Shown here in pieces: positions 62,464 through 64,000 of a stretch of DNA of 64,000 nucleotides (the first letter of the stretch is position 1; each line of letters begins with the position of its first letter). The notes below the pieces were generated by a model. It searched no databases. It was given only the letters and a program-made list of their open reading frames with translations, and was not told the origin of the DNA. The stretch lies in assembly GCA_034189085.1 (NCBI GenBank), contig JAXHVH010000003.1, positions 45,094 through 109,093 on the forward strand, given 5' to 3'. The stretch is from Bacillota bacterium. Lineage in GTDB: Bacteria > Bacillota > Dethiobacteria > DTU022. A program made the position numbers and the translations under genes.

Positions 62464-62673
62464 AAATGTGTCAGGGAGACGGGGAATTTGACACATACCC
62501 AGCTTTATCCCTGTGACAGTGCGATGGAGGATTGGCACATATAGTTTTGCCCTGCGAGGAATTTGATTTAAATAACCCCATTATCCCATTTGTAAAACCG
62601 GGTTAAAATTTTTTCAGCTGCATTGTTGCTAATTTAATGTAAATAAGAATAACTGCAGGGAGGTCAAATAAAG

Positions 62674-63219
62674 ATGGATATCTACAAAATATTGGAAGAA
62701 CGGAGAAGCATCCGAAAGTATGAGCCTGAGCCGGTACCAATTGACAAATTGAAACACATCCTGGAGGCAGCCCGGATCGCCCCATCATGGAAAAATTTGC
62801 AGTGCTGGCGGTTTATTATTGTAAGGGATCATGAATTGAAAAAGCAGCTGGCCGAAAGTATGCCCACGACCAACCCTGCCCGGTCGGCGGTCGGTAAAAC
62901 CGCCCCGGTGGTCATAGTGCTCTGTGCTGAACCTTCTGAATCAGGGTTGCATGACGGTAAAGATTATTACATGCTCGATGCCGGCCTGGCCATGCAGCAG
63001 CTAATGCTGGCTGCACATGCTGAAGGCCTGGGCACATGCTGGGTGGGCCTTTTTGATGAAGAAAAGGTGAAGAAAGTATGCAGCATTCCGGAAGATTATC
63101 GTGTAGTGGCAATGTCGCCACTGGGTTACCCGGCAGTAAAACCTTCTGTCCGTCCTCGCAAAGAGCTTACGGAAATAATCTTTGCTGAAAAATGGGATCA
63201 GCAATTTGAACTTGATTAG
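62674..63219 (+). CDS. Nitroreductase family protein
   Basis: RRSIRKY, APSWKNLQCW, GLGTCWV, LGYP; ends in TAG. Confidence 0.92.
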   Translation: MDIYKILEERRSIRKYEPEPVPIDKLKHILEAARIAPSWKNLQCWRFIIVRDHELKKQLAESMPTTNPARSAVGKTAPVVIVLCAEPSESGLHDGKDYYMLDAGLAMQQLMLAAHAEGLGTCWVGLFDEEKVKKVCSIPEDYRVVAMSPLGYPAVKPSVRPRKELTEIIFAEKWDQQFELD

Positions 63220-63271
63220 GGTACAATAAAAAAAGTCCTTCGGACCTGAAAACATTGGAGCATAGAACGTC

Positions 63272-63730
63272 ATGAGTAAGATTATCAGCACCAATCGCAA
63301 AGCGCGGCATGACTATCATATAGAAGAGACCTACGAAGCTGGAATCGTCCTTACTGGAACTGAGGTTAAATCCGTCCGCAACAGCCGGGTCAACCTGAAG
63401 GACAGCTATGCCAGAGTTGAAAATGGAGAACTTTTCCTGTATAATATGCATATAAGCCCATATGAACCGGGCAACCGTTTTAACCATGATCCTCTCAGGG
63501 TGCGCAAGCTTTTAATGCACCGCATGGAAATTAACCGGCTGGCCGGGAAAATAAAAGAGAAGGGCTATGCTTTAATCCCTCTCAGGATATACCTGAGCGG
63601 GGGGCTGATAAAGATAGAGCTTGGCCTGGCCCGCGGTAAAAAGCTTTATGATAAGAGGCGTGATATTGCCGAACGGGACAGCAAGCGGGAGATGGAGAGA
63701 GCATTTCGCGAAAAACAGCGAGAAGGCTAA
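63272..63730 (+). CDS. smpB: SsrA-binding protein
   Basis: [33 protein letters not shown]. Confidence 0.98.
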   Translation: MSKIISTNRKARHDYHIEETYEAGIVLTGTEVKSVRNSRVNLKDSYARVENGELFLYNMHISPYEPGNRFNHDPLRVRKLLMHRMEINRLAGKIKEKGYALIPLRIYLSGGLIKIELGLARGKKLYDKRRDIAERDSKREMERAFREKQREG

Positions 63731-63734
63731 CTGA

Positions 63735-64000
63735 GGGGGCGTAAGGATTCGACGGGGGTTGTAGATGCAGGAGTGGCAAGTCCAGGACCATGGCCTGGTA
63801 AAAACATGGAACGGCTATAAACGCCAAACCTAAATTAGCTCTCGCTGCTTAATCTAAAGCAGCGCATCCCTTCTTTCCCCGGCCGGGGGAAAGATACGGG
63901 GTGACACTAATCCGGTCTACTGCTTGAGAGGCTGCCCGGCCGCTTGAGCAGGAATTTTAAGCGGGCTGGTGCCAGGGGATCCTGTTCCGGGGAGCTCAAG
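63735..64000 (+). ncRNA. ssrA: tmRNA, 5' portion (runs off the window); tag frame 63823-63852 encodes (A)AKPKLALAA
   Basis: GGGGGCGTAAGGATTCGAC 5' end right after smpB; ATAAAC then GCC AAA CCT AAA TTA GCT CTC GCT GCT TAA. Confidence 0.95.

Noticed and set aside
62532-62550. Sigma-54 promoter TTGGCAC...TTGC upstream of the nitroreductase
   Set aside because: The -24/-12 spacing is three bases too long for RpoN.

Overview
64-kb chromosomal window from an anaerobic Bacillota (Firmicutes) bacterium; a Clostridia/Dethiobacteria-like lineage is my inference from gene content. Almost all genes are on the + strand. Left end: V/A-type ATP synthase A/B/D, gap with a cupin-type glucose-6-phosphate isomerase, and a methanogen-type homocysteine module (DUF39, NIL-ferredoxin, UPF0280). 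After tRNA-Thr(CGT) there is a visibly AT-richer ~10.7-kb island ending in a degenerate copy of the tRNA 3' half. It has no integrase and carries two AprA/AprB-like flavoprotein-ferredoxin pairs behind a shared 48-bp promoter/operator repeat, a tripartite tricarboxylate transporter, a class II aldolase, an unannotated 34-aa membrane peptide and a YeiH/PSE exporter; this is a candidate uncharacterised organosulfur (or organic acid) redox module. Directly after the island are dimethylamine (mtbB) and trimethylamine (mttB) methyltransferases, each split in the ORF track by an in-frame TAG at the conserved pyrrolysine position. A DDAH-like amidinohydrolase converges on them and could supply dimethylamine. 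TAG also still serves as an ordinary stop in 10 of ~54 genes. The rest is conserved core: SAM-I riboswitch-metK, recD2, comF, hpf, secA (with a Bacteroidota-like insertion), prfB (+1 frameshift), ftsEX-envC-ctp-minJ, uvrBAC, rapZ-whiA, rpoN-pgk-tpi-eno, secG, rnr, smpB and the 5' part of tmRNA. All family assignments come from motif recognition by eye; no database search was run.
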